64,000 nt of DNA, taken from contig OY771587.1 of assembly GCA_963674825.1 (NCBI GenBank), positions 2,880,001 through 2,944,000 on the forward strand, in the 5' to 3' direction. The position numbers and the translations under genes are program-made. The stretch comes from Candidatus Cloacimonadales bacterium. Its GTDB lineage: Bacteria > Cloacimonadota > Cloacimonadia > Cloacimonadales > JAIOQZ01. A model generated the notes under the pieces. The model saw only the letters and a list, made by a program, of their open reading frames with translations, did no database searches and was not told where the DNA came from. Numbering within the stretch: position 1 is the first letter of the stretch; each line of letters opens with the position of its first letter. Below are positions 10,253-19,411 of this stretch, in pieces.

Positions 10253-10789
10253 TCAATCACCGTATTCTTTTCGAATATCTACCAATTCACCAAGATACAC
10301 TATATTGGCCTCTTTTTTCCTCATTTTGTAGCCCAATTTATCACAGATGTCCTTGATTTTCGTATGAAAAATATCCGCTTCCAATTGATGCATCCACAAT
10401 CCTTTTGTATCAGAATCTTTTCGAGTACTGTGCCACTGCCTTTCATCATCCAGAGGATGCTCAGGTCTAAAGGGATGAAGATTGAATATCTTGTTGTCGA
10501 TTTGTGTTATCCACGCTGCTCCGATTTCTGTTATTGCACCCCATGACTGTTTCGTGTTATCACTGGTGATGAATATGACGTATATCTTCTCAGTGGAATA
10601 GCTTTCTACGAAGAACTCTCTGAGATATTCGTACACCTTCCTATCTTCTGGAACCCGACACTCGACGTCATCACAATTCGTGTATAGAATGGCTTCCCGA
10701 GGGACATTATTGAAAAGCAACATCCCGTAGAGGACATCTGCAAACGGCTTATCCCTTAGCGTTTGACTTATCAGTATCTTCTTCTTCAA
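10253..10789 (-). CDS. TIR-like domain protein, possibly a 5'-truncated remnant
   Basis: KILISQ...DK..AD.L and VIFITS.N...SW....EIGAAW match the bacterial TIR pattern, with Glu at the catalytic position. Weak TTG start without clear SD. Confidence 0.55.
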   Translation of the reverse strand: MKKKILISQTLRDKPFADVLYGMLLFNNVPREAILYTNCDDVECRVPEDRKVYEYLREFFVESYSTEKIYVIFITSDNTKQSWGAITEIGAAWITQIDNKIFNLHPFRPEHPLDDERQWHSTRKDSDTKGLWMHQLEADIFHTKIKDICDKLGYKMRKKEANIVYLGELVDIRKEYGD

Positions 10790-10859
10790 TGCATCGACCG
10801 TCTGTTTCAGGCCTATATCGAGTTAATCATGCCGCCCAATATAATGAAACAATCACTCT

Positions 10860-12857
10860 CTACACTTCCACCAAACCCATCGACACCAAATAATTATAAG
10901 TCTCATTATAGAATTGGGGAAGCCTAGTGGGATCATCCATATCGCCCTCAGGAACAAACAGAATCATCCCTTGGCGAGCACGGGTGAGTAGCACTCTGTA
11001 GGCGTTGATCTGATATATTCTTCGTTCATGTTTGTTGACATTTTCCCATCGTGAGCCTTTGAATGAAAAGTGTGCCCACCGATTATCGCAGAAACGCAGA
11101 TCCCCATCCCAAGCAATGCATGTCCAATCAAGCTCCAATCCTTGAACCTGAAACTCAGTTGCAATATCTTCAAGATAGTATGAGGATCGTACATGCTCTT
11201 TGCCTTCAAGAAACCATGTTACAGGATCTACCTGATAGCGTACATCCATGGCATAGGGTTTCAGGCGGTAAGCTTGCGAAGACACGATGATTCCATATCG
11301 CTCAGAGCCATTAGCTTTATCACGCAACCATCGTTTAGCTTTATTGATATCTCTTGTGACAGCAATTGGGTAATTCATCTGTATCATCTGGAGTTCTTCT
11401 CTTGCTTTCTCTTGCTGGCAGTCAAGCAGGTGCTTTACGAAACCTGACACCTTCTCTGCTCTAAATGAACGCATTGAGACATTTAAATGTAGATCCTCAC
11501 AGAAATGTACACGTGATCGCTGTTCAAGCATCGTGAGTGGTTTTCCTGCCCCATATTCTTTATCTATAAGTTCTGGTGATACATAAACCTCCCATGCATG
11601 ATACTGGTCTTTCATCAACGCTGTGATCCACTCACTGATGCCAGCTTCACCTGTATTAATCTCTTGACCACCGCCAACCAAACAAACAATGACCGCCCAA
11701 TCCTGACGACGATCCATGCACGAGATGAGATATTCTGGCTCAGACTGCTCGAACTCATGCACTCCTTTCTTGTTTTTCATGAACTTGGAGGTTTGATGTA
11801 GATTCCATGCGCGTTGCGCTTCGTCAAATAATACAACATGATCAACAGGAGGTCGAGTTCGATCTTTCAAGCATTCATCCCGAAAATGGTGAACATTCTG
11901 AATAAAGGCTTGTACGCGAGATAGGGCAGCCTTTTTCGTAATCTTTCGTTCCATTTGCTTCTCGCGAACAACATGATCTCTTGCCAGTGCCTCTCTCAAG
12001 ATAGCCACCAGCGGCCCATTACCGGAGAGAAAAATGCTGTGTAAGTTGCTTTTCGAGTCGTTATATTTTGTGGCAATATTCAATCCTACGAGCGTTTTCC
12101 CTGCTCCTGGGACACCCGTAACGAAGCAAATCGCCTTCTTGCGCTCAGCACATGCCAGATCTATTACATCGATGATACAATCGGTAGTAGCTGAAAGATT
12201 TTTCGCCCCTGCATCGTTCCTGGATATCTCTGCCACATTGTGCCCTTGATAAAGAGATCGTGCTGCCTCAATAATTGTCGGTGTAGGACAATAGCGGGAA
12301 TGCTCCCAATCGTCAGCCTCTATACTCGCAGGCTTTGCAAGAGCCAAAATGCTACGCACAATATGGAGTAGATTCCAAGAATTCGCCATCACAGGACGAT
12401 ATAATCCTTGAATGCGATCATGAGGTGTTAACCCAAGAGGTTGCTCTTTGGCGTGTGTCGCCACTAGGATCGGGATAGTGCTTAGGCTATGGCTACCTTC
12501 ATGAAAATACTTCATGTCAACAGCATAGTCAACAACTTGATCAATATCCCGCGAAGAATAAACTTCACTCTCGACTTTGAACTCAATCACCATTAATATT
12601 CCATTGATGAGAACGATCGCATCAACCCGCTTACCCATACGGGGAATCGTGAACTCAAGATATATTCTACCATCCAAATCCCAAAGCGCAGTTTTCAACA
12701 TATACAGCTCTTGTTCCCATGCATGTTTCTGGGAATCCAATGGCGGAAAGCTTGAACGATAACACAACTGCCCCATTATTGATTCGTTTGGAGATTTAGC
12801 AAATTCTTCGATAGTGTTATGATACCAAGATCGGTCTATGATTTGCATTCCATCCAT
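10860..12857 (-). CDS. DUF2075 / Schlafen-group-3-like DNA/RNA helicase with N-terminal nuclease-like domain
   Basis: EFTIPRMGKRVD...IEFK (PD-(D/E)xK-like); Walker A GVPGAGKT; LSGNGPL; FDEAQR; QGLELD; YRVLLTRARQG. Confidence 0.88.
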   Translation of the reverse strand: MDGMQIIDRSWYHNTIEEFAKSPNESIMGQLCYRSSFPPLDSQKHAWEQELYMLKTALWDLDGRIYLEFTIPRMGKRVDAIVLINGILMVIEFKVESEVYSSRDIDQVVDYAVDMKYFHEGSHSLSTIPILVATHAKEQPLGLTPHDRIQGLYRPVMANSWNLLHIVRSILALAKPASIEADDWEHSRYCPTPTIIEAARSLYQGHNVAEISRNDAGAKNLSATTDCIIDVIDLACAERKKAICFVTGVPGAGKTLVGLNIATKYNDSKSNLHSIFLSGNGPLVAILREALARDHVVREKQMERKITKKAALSRVQAFIQNVHHFRDECLKDRTRPPVDHVVLFDEAQRAWNLHQTSKFMKNKKGVHEFEQSEPEYLISCMDRRQDWAVIVCLVGGGQEINTGEAGISEWITALMKDQYHAWEVYVSPELIDKEYGAGKPLTMLEQRSRVHFCEDLHLNVSMRSFRAEKVSGFVKHLLDCQQEKAREELQMIQMNYPIAVTRDINKAKRWLRDKANGSERYGIIVSSQAYRLKPYAMDVRYQVDPVTWFLEGKEHVRSSYYLEDIATEFQVQGLELDWTCIAWDGDLRFCDNRWAHFSFKGSRWENVNKHERRIYQINAYRVLLTRARQGMILFVPEGDMDDPTRLPQFYNETYNYLVSMGLVEV

Positions 12858-12911
12858 CGTTTATCCCTACAATTTGTACATTGATCTTACTGTGTTCACC
12901 GAAACATTGCT

Positions 12912-13274
12912 TTATATGTGCGATCTGGGCGATATTGCTTCTGCGCGTCGTTCAGGTCCAAGAGCATGCCCACTTGATTTACAGCTCTTGTCGCGGCACA
13001 CACAGCGATTATAAATAGAAAATGTCTGGCATGGAGCGCAACCAGCCAATAACTTGATACTTGAGTCATCATACATACTACCGATTTGCTCGGAATGGAC
13101 ATCTACCACAGACTCGTGAAGAAAACGAGCACGAATGTTTTCTTCAAAGGGGTAACGGCAATTTGAATCGTTATCGACTCCGAGTAATACTTCAATCCCC
13201 GCCTGTTTGAGTCCGTAAGACAATCCTCCGACTCCACAAAAGATATCCACAGCTTGAACACATGTTTTTATCAT
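12912..13274 (-). pseudogene. Truncated C5-cytosine DNA methyltransferase (N-terminal motifs I-IV only)
   Basis: DIFCGVGGL (motif I) and GCAPCQTFS (motif IV), then unrelated sequence and a stop at 120 aa. Motifs VI-X absent. Confidence 0.8.
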
Positions 13275-13546
13275 TTCATCCTTCCAATATTTTCATACAA
13301 GTTTGTAGTTGTTATCGAGTCAATGTTTTTTATCGATATCGATAATTTAATTGTACATTCGCATTTCCTTTTTCTTTATCGCCTGCTCTTTCCTGACCTG
13401 AAATATTCCAATACTCTCTATTTCCCAACAATATACATGGTCTATTCGAGTCCCCGTAAAAGAACTCATACTGTCTCCGAAGGATTTGACTTCCTGTGTG
13501 CGATCTTTATCGTAGAGACATACTTAGGAACACAAAGGAGACTACG

Positions 13547-13837
13547 ATGGAGACGAAAAAGACCACAGAGACCACCCCGAAAACGATGATCATCAACGCG
13601 AAGATTTCAGGTAGCATGAGAGCTGCTTTCAAGGATGAGGACGGCGAAGTAATGAAGAACTACGACGGCCCAGTACCGGAGCTCATGCCAGGAAAGCACT
13701 GGGGAGATTACATCAACCTCGAAATAGACATCGAGACGGGCCGCATCCTCAACTGGGAAGCCACCCGGCAGGATGTAGCCGATTTCTTGAACGCACCTGA
13801 AAACGCTACAGACTTTACCGCCCCGGACACAGAATAA
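13547..13837 (+). CDS. Small phage-associated hypothetical protein
   Basis: AAGGAG RBS, ATG 13547; YDG.VP..MPG...GDYI.L.IDIETG.ILNW. Confidence 0.6.
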   Translation: METKKTTETTPKTMIINAKISGSMRAAFKDEDGEVMKNYDGPVPELMPGKHWGDYINLEIDIETGRILNWEATRQDVADFLNAPENATDFTAPDTE

Positions 13838-13910
13838 TCCTCTATTAACACCGAAAACTGGCTACTCCGCCAGTATTCCTCGTTGGTCCAACTCAACTCC
13901 ATTCCGTCCC

Positions 13911-14789
13911 CTAAACCACCACCTCCGTCCCTGTCCTGCACTTCCAGTGGAACGGCGGGAAGGGCGTATGACTTCCTGATACGCCGGTTGGTTTGCCGCT
14001 GGCGTTTCGTTCTATCTGGTCGTCGCTGACCCACGGAGCGAGCTCCTTCGTGCGTTCTCGCGCGGTTTCGAGGCTGTGCTGCTTCGGATCGATGGCCAGC
14101 AGGTCTTCCATCACCTCGATCGCGTCGGAGAGCGGATAGACCTTGTTCTGCGCCTCAAGAGCGCGACAGATATCCGACGTGCGATCATCCAACACGACCA
14201 CCAGCCGATAGTACCTCGCGCCAGCCTTGCGATACCCCTCCAACCTGCCAAACTCGCGTATCCGGAGCGCAGTATGCTCCGCCAAGCCCTGCCAGTAATG
14301 CTGCGATTTTTGGCCCAAGTCCTTGAATTGCTCCGCCAACTTCTCTTGCAGCATCTTCTTCGTGTAGCCGGAGGCGACGGCCTCGGTCAGCGTGGAGCGG
14401 AACTTCTGCGAGATATCCGTGCCGAAGCGTTCGCCGATCCAGAACAGGTTCTGGCGGGTAATGACGGTCTCGAGCCGCTTCTCCCGCGCACCGTACAGCC
14501 CGATTCGCGTGTTGTGCGGAACCTGCTTTTGCGCGTCGTTCAGGCCCAGCAACATGCACCGCTGGATGTACGCCTTCGTTTCGGCTCGCACAGCGGACGA
14601 AAAATCCTCGCCGAGGTTGGAGTCGATGACAGCGAGAACGTCGTCGATATGGGTGCGATTGAGCCGTTCGTGACGTGGGATGTCGGACAAGGTTCTGATC
14701 GCTTGAGTCGCTGACTCGCGCACCTCGCGCTGCCAGGCATTGTTCAGGACACGATAGTACTCGAGCATGATGCGGTCGAAGTAGGTCAA
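13911..14789 (-). CDS. Phage minor head / head morphogenesis protein (SPP1 gp7, Mu gpF family)
   Basis: LDDRTSDIC..L and PPFHWKCRT motifs. TTG start overlaps the terminase stop (alternative ATG 14768). Confidence 0.85.
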   Translation of the reverse strand: MTYFDRIMLEYYRVLNNAWQREVRESATQAIRTLSDIPRHERLNRTHIDDVLAVIDSNLGEDFSSAVRAETKAYIQRCMLLGLNDAQKQVPHNTRIGLYGAREKRLETVITRQNLFWIGERFGTDISQKFRSTLTEAVASGYTKKMLQEKLAEQFKDLGQKSQHYWQGLAEHTALRIREFGRLEGYRKAGARYYRLVVVLDDRTSDICRALEAQNKVYPLSDAIEVMEDLLAIDPKQHSLETARERTKELAPWVSDDQIERNASGKPTGVSGSHTPFPPFHWKCRTGTEVVV

Positions 14790-16330
14790 AACCGGAAGCT
14801 CCTGACGCGCGTTCTGTTGCGTCCTGTGTCGTACTCGGGAAAGCGTTCGAGGCAGCCTGCGAGGGCGTCTGGGCCGTCCACGTAGCCTTGCGGATAGGTG
14901 AGGAACTGGCTGATGAGGGTTGGCGTGTCCTGCCCGTCGGGGAAGACGACCTTGCCGGTCTCGATGACGGTGTCGACGCGCTCGATGCGCAGGGCCTTGT
15001 TGCGGTCGTTGTTGACGCGCCGGATGCGGTGCGAGATGGGATTGCGCCCGTTCTCGCGGCACCAGCGGTCGAAGTCCGCGAGGATGCGGTGCTGCCCGTA
15101 GTTGGTTTCCATCGCGGCGCGGAAGCGGACTCCGTAGCGACGAGATAGCTCGTTGCAGGCGTCGTAGTAGAAGGCGAAGAAGCGGGAGTTCTCGGTCTGG
15201 CGCACCCAGCAGTGAATCACGTAGAACTTCAGGCCGTCGTAGCCGATGGAGATGATCGCCTTGTAGCAACCCTTCTCGCCCCACGCGGGGTCGGCGTACA
15301 TCCACACTCGCTTCATGCGCTTGGGCAGGCGCGCGTAGCGTTTGAACCAATGATGCTTGAACATGTTGCCCTCGATCACCGGTACGCCGAGAAACTCGCG
15401 CTGATAGCCCGTGTGACCGAACTTGCGGCGCAGCATCGGCAGCTCGTTTGTTGGGTATTGTTTCTCCCACACGGAGCGACCATCATCGGTTTCCAGAGAG
15501 AAGCGCAGCAATCGCCTTCCCTCTGCGAACAGATGCCGCACCTCGTCCGGATTGAAGCTGTCGTTGTCGGACTTGATCTCCTCGACGATGCTCTCCATGA
15601 ACTGGCAGATGGCATAGTTGGGATGCACGAGGTTACCGAGCCAGATCACCTTACCGGTGCCGGAGGGGTCGAGCGCGCCACCGATTTCCTGCACGATCTT
15701 GTCCATGCGCCTGCGGCCGATGGTCTGGTTGCCGACGTTCTCCTCCTTGTCGATGTCGTCGCAAACGATGAGACCGGGACGGGTAGAGGTGCGGGGATTG
15801 ATGGAGCCGCGGAACGACTGCTTCACGCCTCGCGCACGGATGCGACAGCGATTGCGCAGGTAGAAGTCGTCCTCGGTCGCGTCGATTGGACGCAGGTCGT
15901 CGAAGTCGCCAAGCAGCCGCCTGTTGTTGGTCAGCTCGTTGAAGGTGAAGGCTGTGCGCTCCTCAGCCAGATCGACGTCTGCAGCGGTGTGGATGACGTA
16001 GCGTTCGCCCTTGATCACACACCAGATCGGATAAACCACGCCCATAAGCACGGTCTTGCCGAGACCACGAAATCCCGTGATAGCAGTGACGCCAGACTCG
16101 GCTTCAACCACATCGAACATCTCGGGGTGGCAGTCACAGAACGGATGCTCGAAGATGTGTGGGAAATAGCTGCGGCAGAAGAAGGAGAACGACGACCACC
16201 CGGTGCCTGTAGCGAGGTCGATGCGCGCTTTGCGAGCTTGCGGGGAGTCGTCGGGGAAGGGTTTGACCGACGGTGTCTTCGCCGCGACGGACGTGAAGAA
16301 CCGCAGGTCTTTCTGGGTCGGCTTAGGCAT
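14786..16330 (-). CDS. Terminase large subunit
   Basis: Walker A-like GFRGLGKT, Walker B IVCDDID, nuclease YADPAWG and DGPDAL. Confidence 0.85.
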   Translation of the reverse strand: MPKPTQKDLRFFTSVAAKTPSVKPFPDDSPQARKARIDLATGTGWSSFSFFCRSYFPHIFEHPFCDCHPEMFDVVEAESGVTAITGFRGLGKTVLMGVVYPIWCVIKGERYVIHTAADVDLAEERTAFTFNELTNNRRLLGDFDDLRPIDATEDDFYLRNRCRIRARGVKQSFRGSINPRTSTRPGLIVCDDIDKEENVGNQTIGRRRMDKIVQEIGGALDPSGTGKVIWLGNLVHPNYAICQFMESIVEEIKSDNDSFNPDEVRHLFAEGRRLLRFSLETDDGRSVWEKQYPTNELPMLRRKFGHTGYQREFLGVPVIEGNMFKHHWFKRYARLPKRMKRVWMYADPAWGEKGCYKAIISIGYDGLKFYVIHCWVRQTENSRFFAFYYDACNELSRRYGVRFRAAMETNYGQHRILADFDRWCRENGRNPISHRIRRVNNDRNKALRIERVDTVIETGKVVFPDGQDTPTLISQFLTYPQGYVDGPDALAGCLERFPEYDTGRNRTRVRSFRF

Positions 16331-16781
16331 GACCGGCGCGACTCATGAAGTAGGCCACGAGCCCGTTGTCGCCGAGGATTTCCCGCTGGATGGCTTTCGC
16401 AGTCGCCTCGTCGCCTCTTGCATGGTAGAAGTCGATCTGCCAGTCCAGGAATCGCTTCATGTGGTCGATCAGGTCCTTGCTTGGCTCGAGCTCCTTCTGG
16501 TACTGCTTCAGGAGCGACACGAGAGACTGCAGAGCCGTGTCCTGCGGGTTGTCGGCATACTGCTTCAGGGCCATCAGGAGGGCGCGGCGGATGTTGAGTC
16601 GAATCTTCGCGTCGAGGGTTTCGAGCTCGTCTAACTCATCGCGCCAGCCGCCCTCCCTGATCCACTTGCGCACCGTCTTGGGCGTCACGCTGAGCACGTC
16701 GGCCAGATCGCGCACGACAGTTCGCCCCGCGAGGAACATCTCGCGGCAGCTCTCGCGCTTGGCTTCGTAGTTCTCGGCCAT
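16323..16781 (-). CDS. Putative terminase small subunit (N-terminal HTH)
   Basis: HTH (LADVLSVTPKTVRKWIREGGW), immediately upstream of TerL. Confidence 0.65.
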   Translation of the reverse strand: MAENYEAKRESCREMFLAGRTVVRDLADVLSVTPKTVRKWIREGGWRDELDELETLDAKIRLNIRRALLMALKQYADNPQDTALQSLVSLLKQYQKELEPSKDLIDHMKRFLDWQIDFYHARGDEATAKAIQREILGDNGLVAYFMSRAGHA

Positions 16782-16996
16782 CACTCGTTCAGCGGATCGA
16801 CCTGATGCGTCGCCAGATAACCATTCAGGGCTTGCCCATGAACGCGCAACTGGCCGTTGCTCTTCAGCCTGAAAGCGGGTAGCGGTTCTTCTATGCTGCG
16901 GATCATCCGGTACACCGTCGAGATGTTGACGTTGAGGCAGCCCGCGATTTCATCCGGTCGATAGCAGCGTTTCTCATCAAATACTTGCATCTTCAT
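16781..16996 (-). CDS. Excisionase-like (HTH_17) DNA-binding protein
   Basis: YRPDEIA..LNV..STVYRMI....LPAFR...LRV. Confidence 0.7.
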   Translation of the reverse strand: MKMQVFDEKRCYRPDEIAGCLNVNISTVYRMIRSIEEPLPAFRLKSNGQLRVHGQALNGYLATHQVDPLNE

Positions 16997-17064
16997 ACCT
17001 CTATGTCGAACGTACGAAAAACTCGCGCCGATGACAACGCGAGTTGAACGCTCCTGCCACTGAA

Positions 17065-17661
17065 TCAGATTGCGCTGAAGTTGAGCGGGATAAGCTTGAA
17101 GGATTCTTCGATGCTATCCCGCTGGTAGAAGGCGAGATACTGCCGGGTCGAGGTGACTTGAATCGCTTTGTCGATCAGCTCCATCGCGTCCTTCCAGTTG
17201 GCGTCCTTGATGTTGTAGCGACGCAGGCCGAGAATGCGGTGCTTCGCAATCTGCCCCTTCTTATCGACCTGGAACGCCTCGTTGATGATGGCGCGGAGGT
17301 TGATGTTGCTGTCCTGCGACCAGCGTTTGAGGCACTCGTCGATCTTCTGCTTAGCGAGTTGCAGCTCGACGCCGAAGGTGATGCGTTCGCGGTTGCGGAC
17401 TTCCACTTTGAACCGGCCGTCGAAGCTGACGAGTTCGGCGTTGCCCTTCCATGTCTCGTCGTACTGCGCTGCGAGATCGTCGAGGTACTTCTCGATCTCG
17501 GTGGACATGCGTTCCTTTTCGGTCGTGATGCTGGTGTGAAGCCGTTGCGCGCGCTTCATCACCTTCTGGACGATGCGGTCACGCTTCACGATGGCTGGGT
17601 CGAGAATGCTGGCGGGATATTCGCGCCCCTCGGCGTCGGTGAGAGTTCTGGTCTTGGCCAT
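17065..17661 (-). CDS. DUF3164-family Mu-like early protein
   Basis: KGN..L.SFDG, F...LQ.AKQKIDECL..WS, AFQVDK.G, W..AM..I motifs. Confidence 0.8.
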   Translation of the reverse strand: MAKTRTLTDAEGREYPASILDPAIVKRDRIVQKVMKRAQRLHTSITTEKERMSTEIEKYLDDLAAQYDETWKGNAELVSFDGRFKVEVRNRERITFGVELQLAKQKIDECLKRWSQDSNINLRAIINEAFQVDKKGQIAKHRILGLRRYNIKDANWKDAMELIDKAIQVTSTRQYLAFYQRDSIEESFKLIPLNFSAI

Positions 17662-17672
17662 AATCTATCTCC

Positions 17673-18044
17673 TTATGCGGATTTCTGTTTCTTCTTCAGC
17701 ATGGCGATGACGCCGCGCCGTTCGTGCTCGTTGAGAGCATTGAAATGTGTCTTGCTGAAGCGTTTGAGCAGGTACTTCTGCATGTCATTCTGCGACCAGC
17801 CGAGTTCCTTCATCAGAGCATGCATGAGCCGTCCTTGCGGTTCGTACACGGCTCGAGGATGGACGCTTCCCGTGAGGTGGCTCTTGAGCTTCTTCAACCG
17901 GTCGATGCTCAGCTTGCGCAACGACGGACCGAAGCCCCAATGAACCATCACCACGTGCAACTCGTCCATGCTCCAGCCGTGCCGCTTGATCGCGGTCGCG
18001 GCGATTTCACGGCGCAGAAGGCGGGTGTATTCATCCTTGGTCAT
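17673..18044 (-). CDS. GemA/DUF1018-like Mu early protein
   Basis: SLRKLSI..L..L...L and ALMKELGWS pattern; position in a Mu-like early operon. Confidence 0.55.
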   Translation of the reverse strand: MTKDEYTRLLRREIAATAIKRHGWSMDELHVVMVHWGFGPSLRKLSIDRLKKLKSHLTGSVHPRAVYEPQGRLMHALMKELGWSQNDMQKYLLKRFSKTHFNALNEHERRGVIAMLKKKQKSA

Positions 18045-18675
18045 AGCCGCCCAACCCATAGCTCAAGTAGAAGCAACGGTCGCGCAAGTACTTGAGTTTC
18101 TCAATCGGTGTGTTCTCATCGAATTCGGGGAGTTCGAGGTCTTTTCGCTCGCAGTCATGCTCGATTTCTTTGATAATCCTTTCTCGCTCGTTCATGCGGT
18201 ACTTACTCAATTGCTGGCAAGTGCCTTTATACGCACTCCAGGGACGGAATGTCGGCTTAAACTCTTTCTGTGTGTAAATTCCACAATACTTTGAAATACA
18301 GCCGTCGATGACCAGAATGCGCAGATAGCGATAGACGGTCTCCTGACTGTACGGCGTGTGTTTTCTAATATCATCGATGTGCGGGTGCTTTGCGACCAAA
18401 TCATAGAAGTGCTGGAGCTTATCCATGCGAGGCGTCCAGTCGCTACGCTTCCCCGTCGGCGTGTTCTGCGCCACGGGAACCTTCCCGAAGATGTTTCCGC
18501 CCGGCTCGCGGAGCATCACCCGGATGCGCCCCTCGCGCACGAACTGCGGCAGCAGGTTGCGGACGGTCTTCGGGTGAATGCCGGTGTCGTTCGCTACGTC
18601 CTTCACGGTGAAGGGCCGCTTGTGATACTCGACAAAGCGGTCGATGACGCGCTTCGCGGGGATGTTAGGACGCAT
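18031..18675 (-). CDS. Phage winged-HTH protein
   Basis: FTVKDVANDTGIHPKTVRN.L HTH, plus a second HTH-like segment (YSQETVYRYLR.L). Confidence 0.55.
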   Translation of the reverse strand: MRPNIPAKRVIDRFVEYHKRPFTVKDVANDTGIHPKTVRNLLPQFVREGRIRVMLREPGGNIFGKVPVAQNTPTGKRSDWTPRMDKLQHFYDLVAKHPHIDDIRKHTPYSQETVYRYLRILVIDGCISKYCGIYTQKEFKPTFRPWSAYKGTCQQLSKYRMNERERIIKEIEHDCERKDLELPEFDENTPIEKLKYLRDRCFYLSYGLGGYDQG

Positions 18676-19399
18676 TCTTCAACTCCTGCGTTTCGAGCAA
18701 ATCGCTGAGCGCGACCTCGGACAGGTTCTTGGATGCGGCCACCTTCTCGACAGCTTCGATGATCTTGATCATTTGGCGGAAGTTGCCGTGGGTTGTCTTG
18801 TAGATGTACGTCACCAAGTCGGGACGCATCTTCACCTCGGAGACGGCTTTGCAGACCAGATCGACATCCTCTCGTGACAACTTCTTGAACTCGTAGAAGT
18901 AGTTGCACCGATCGAAGTAGTGCGCGTTGGCCTTGAGCAGTTTCTCACGGGCATCCTTCATACCGACCAGCACCACAATGGCCAGCGTCTCGTCCACGAT
19001 GTCTCGAATCGATCCGAGTAGCATCGGCTGGTTGAAGGCGTAGTCGATTTCGTCGATGACAATGACCGCCTCCGGATACGAGTGCAACACGCTGATGCAC
19101 CTGCGCAGAAGCGTACTCGTCGAGCCGTGCAGGTTATCGTCCGTGTGACCGAAGCGGTAATTGATCAGTCGCAGCAGCTCCCGCGCGAACACCTTGGCCG
19201 TCATCGACGCTTCGAGTCGCAGGTAGATGTAGTCGTTGGCGTAGGCAAGCCGCTTGGCGAAGCGGGTCTTGCCCAGTCCCGGCGCGCCATACAGAAGTCC
19301 CAGTCCGACCATCTCGGTCTTGGGTCTGCTCTGCAAGTAGGCGATACATTTCTTCGCCCCGCGAACGTTTGATGTCTCTGCTAATACCCTTTCCTTCAT
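18665..19399 (-). CDS. MuB-like AAA+ transposition ATPase
   Basis: Walker A GAPGLGKT, Walker B VIVIDEID, VVLVGM, GNFRQ; directly downstream of the transposase. Confidence 0.88.
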   Translation of the reverse strand: MKERVLAETSNVRGAKKCIAYLQSRPKTEMVGLGLLYGAPGLGKTRFAKRLAYANDYIYLRLEASMTAKVFARELLRLINYRFGHTDDNLHGSTSTLLRRCISVLHSYPEAVIVIDEIDYAFNQPMLLGSIRDIVDETLAIVVLVGMKDAREKLLKANAHYFDRCNYFYEFKKLSREDVDLVCKAVSEVKMRPDLVTYIYKTTHGNFRQMIKIIEAVEKVAASKNLSEVALSDLLETQELKNAS

Positions 19400-19411
19400 G
19401 TTCTCCTCCGT

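Noticed and set aside
14790..15470. N-terminal extension of the 519-aa ORF, and similar long alternative-frame ORFs in 1-2900 and 14-21 kb
   Set aside because: They overlap well-supported genes and arise from stop-codon scarcity in GC-rich DNA.
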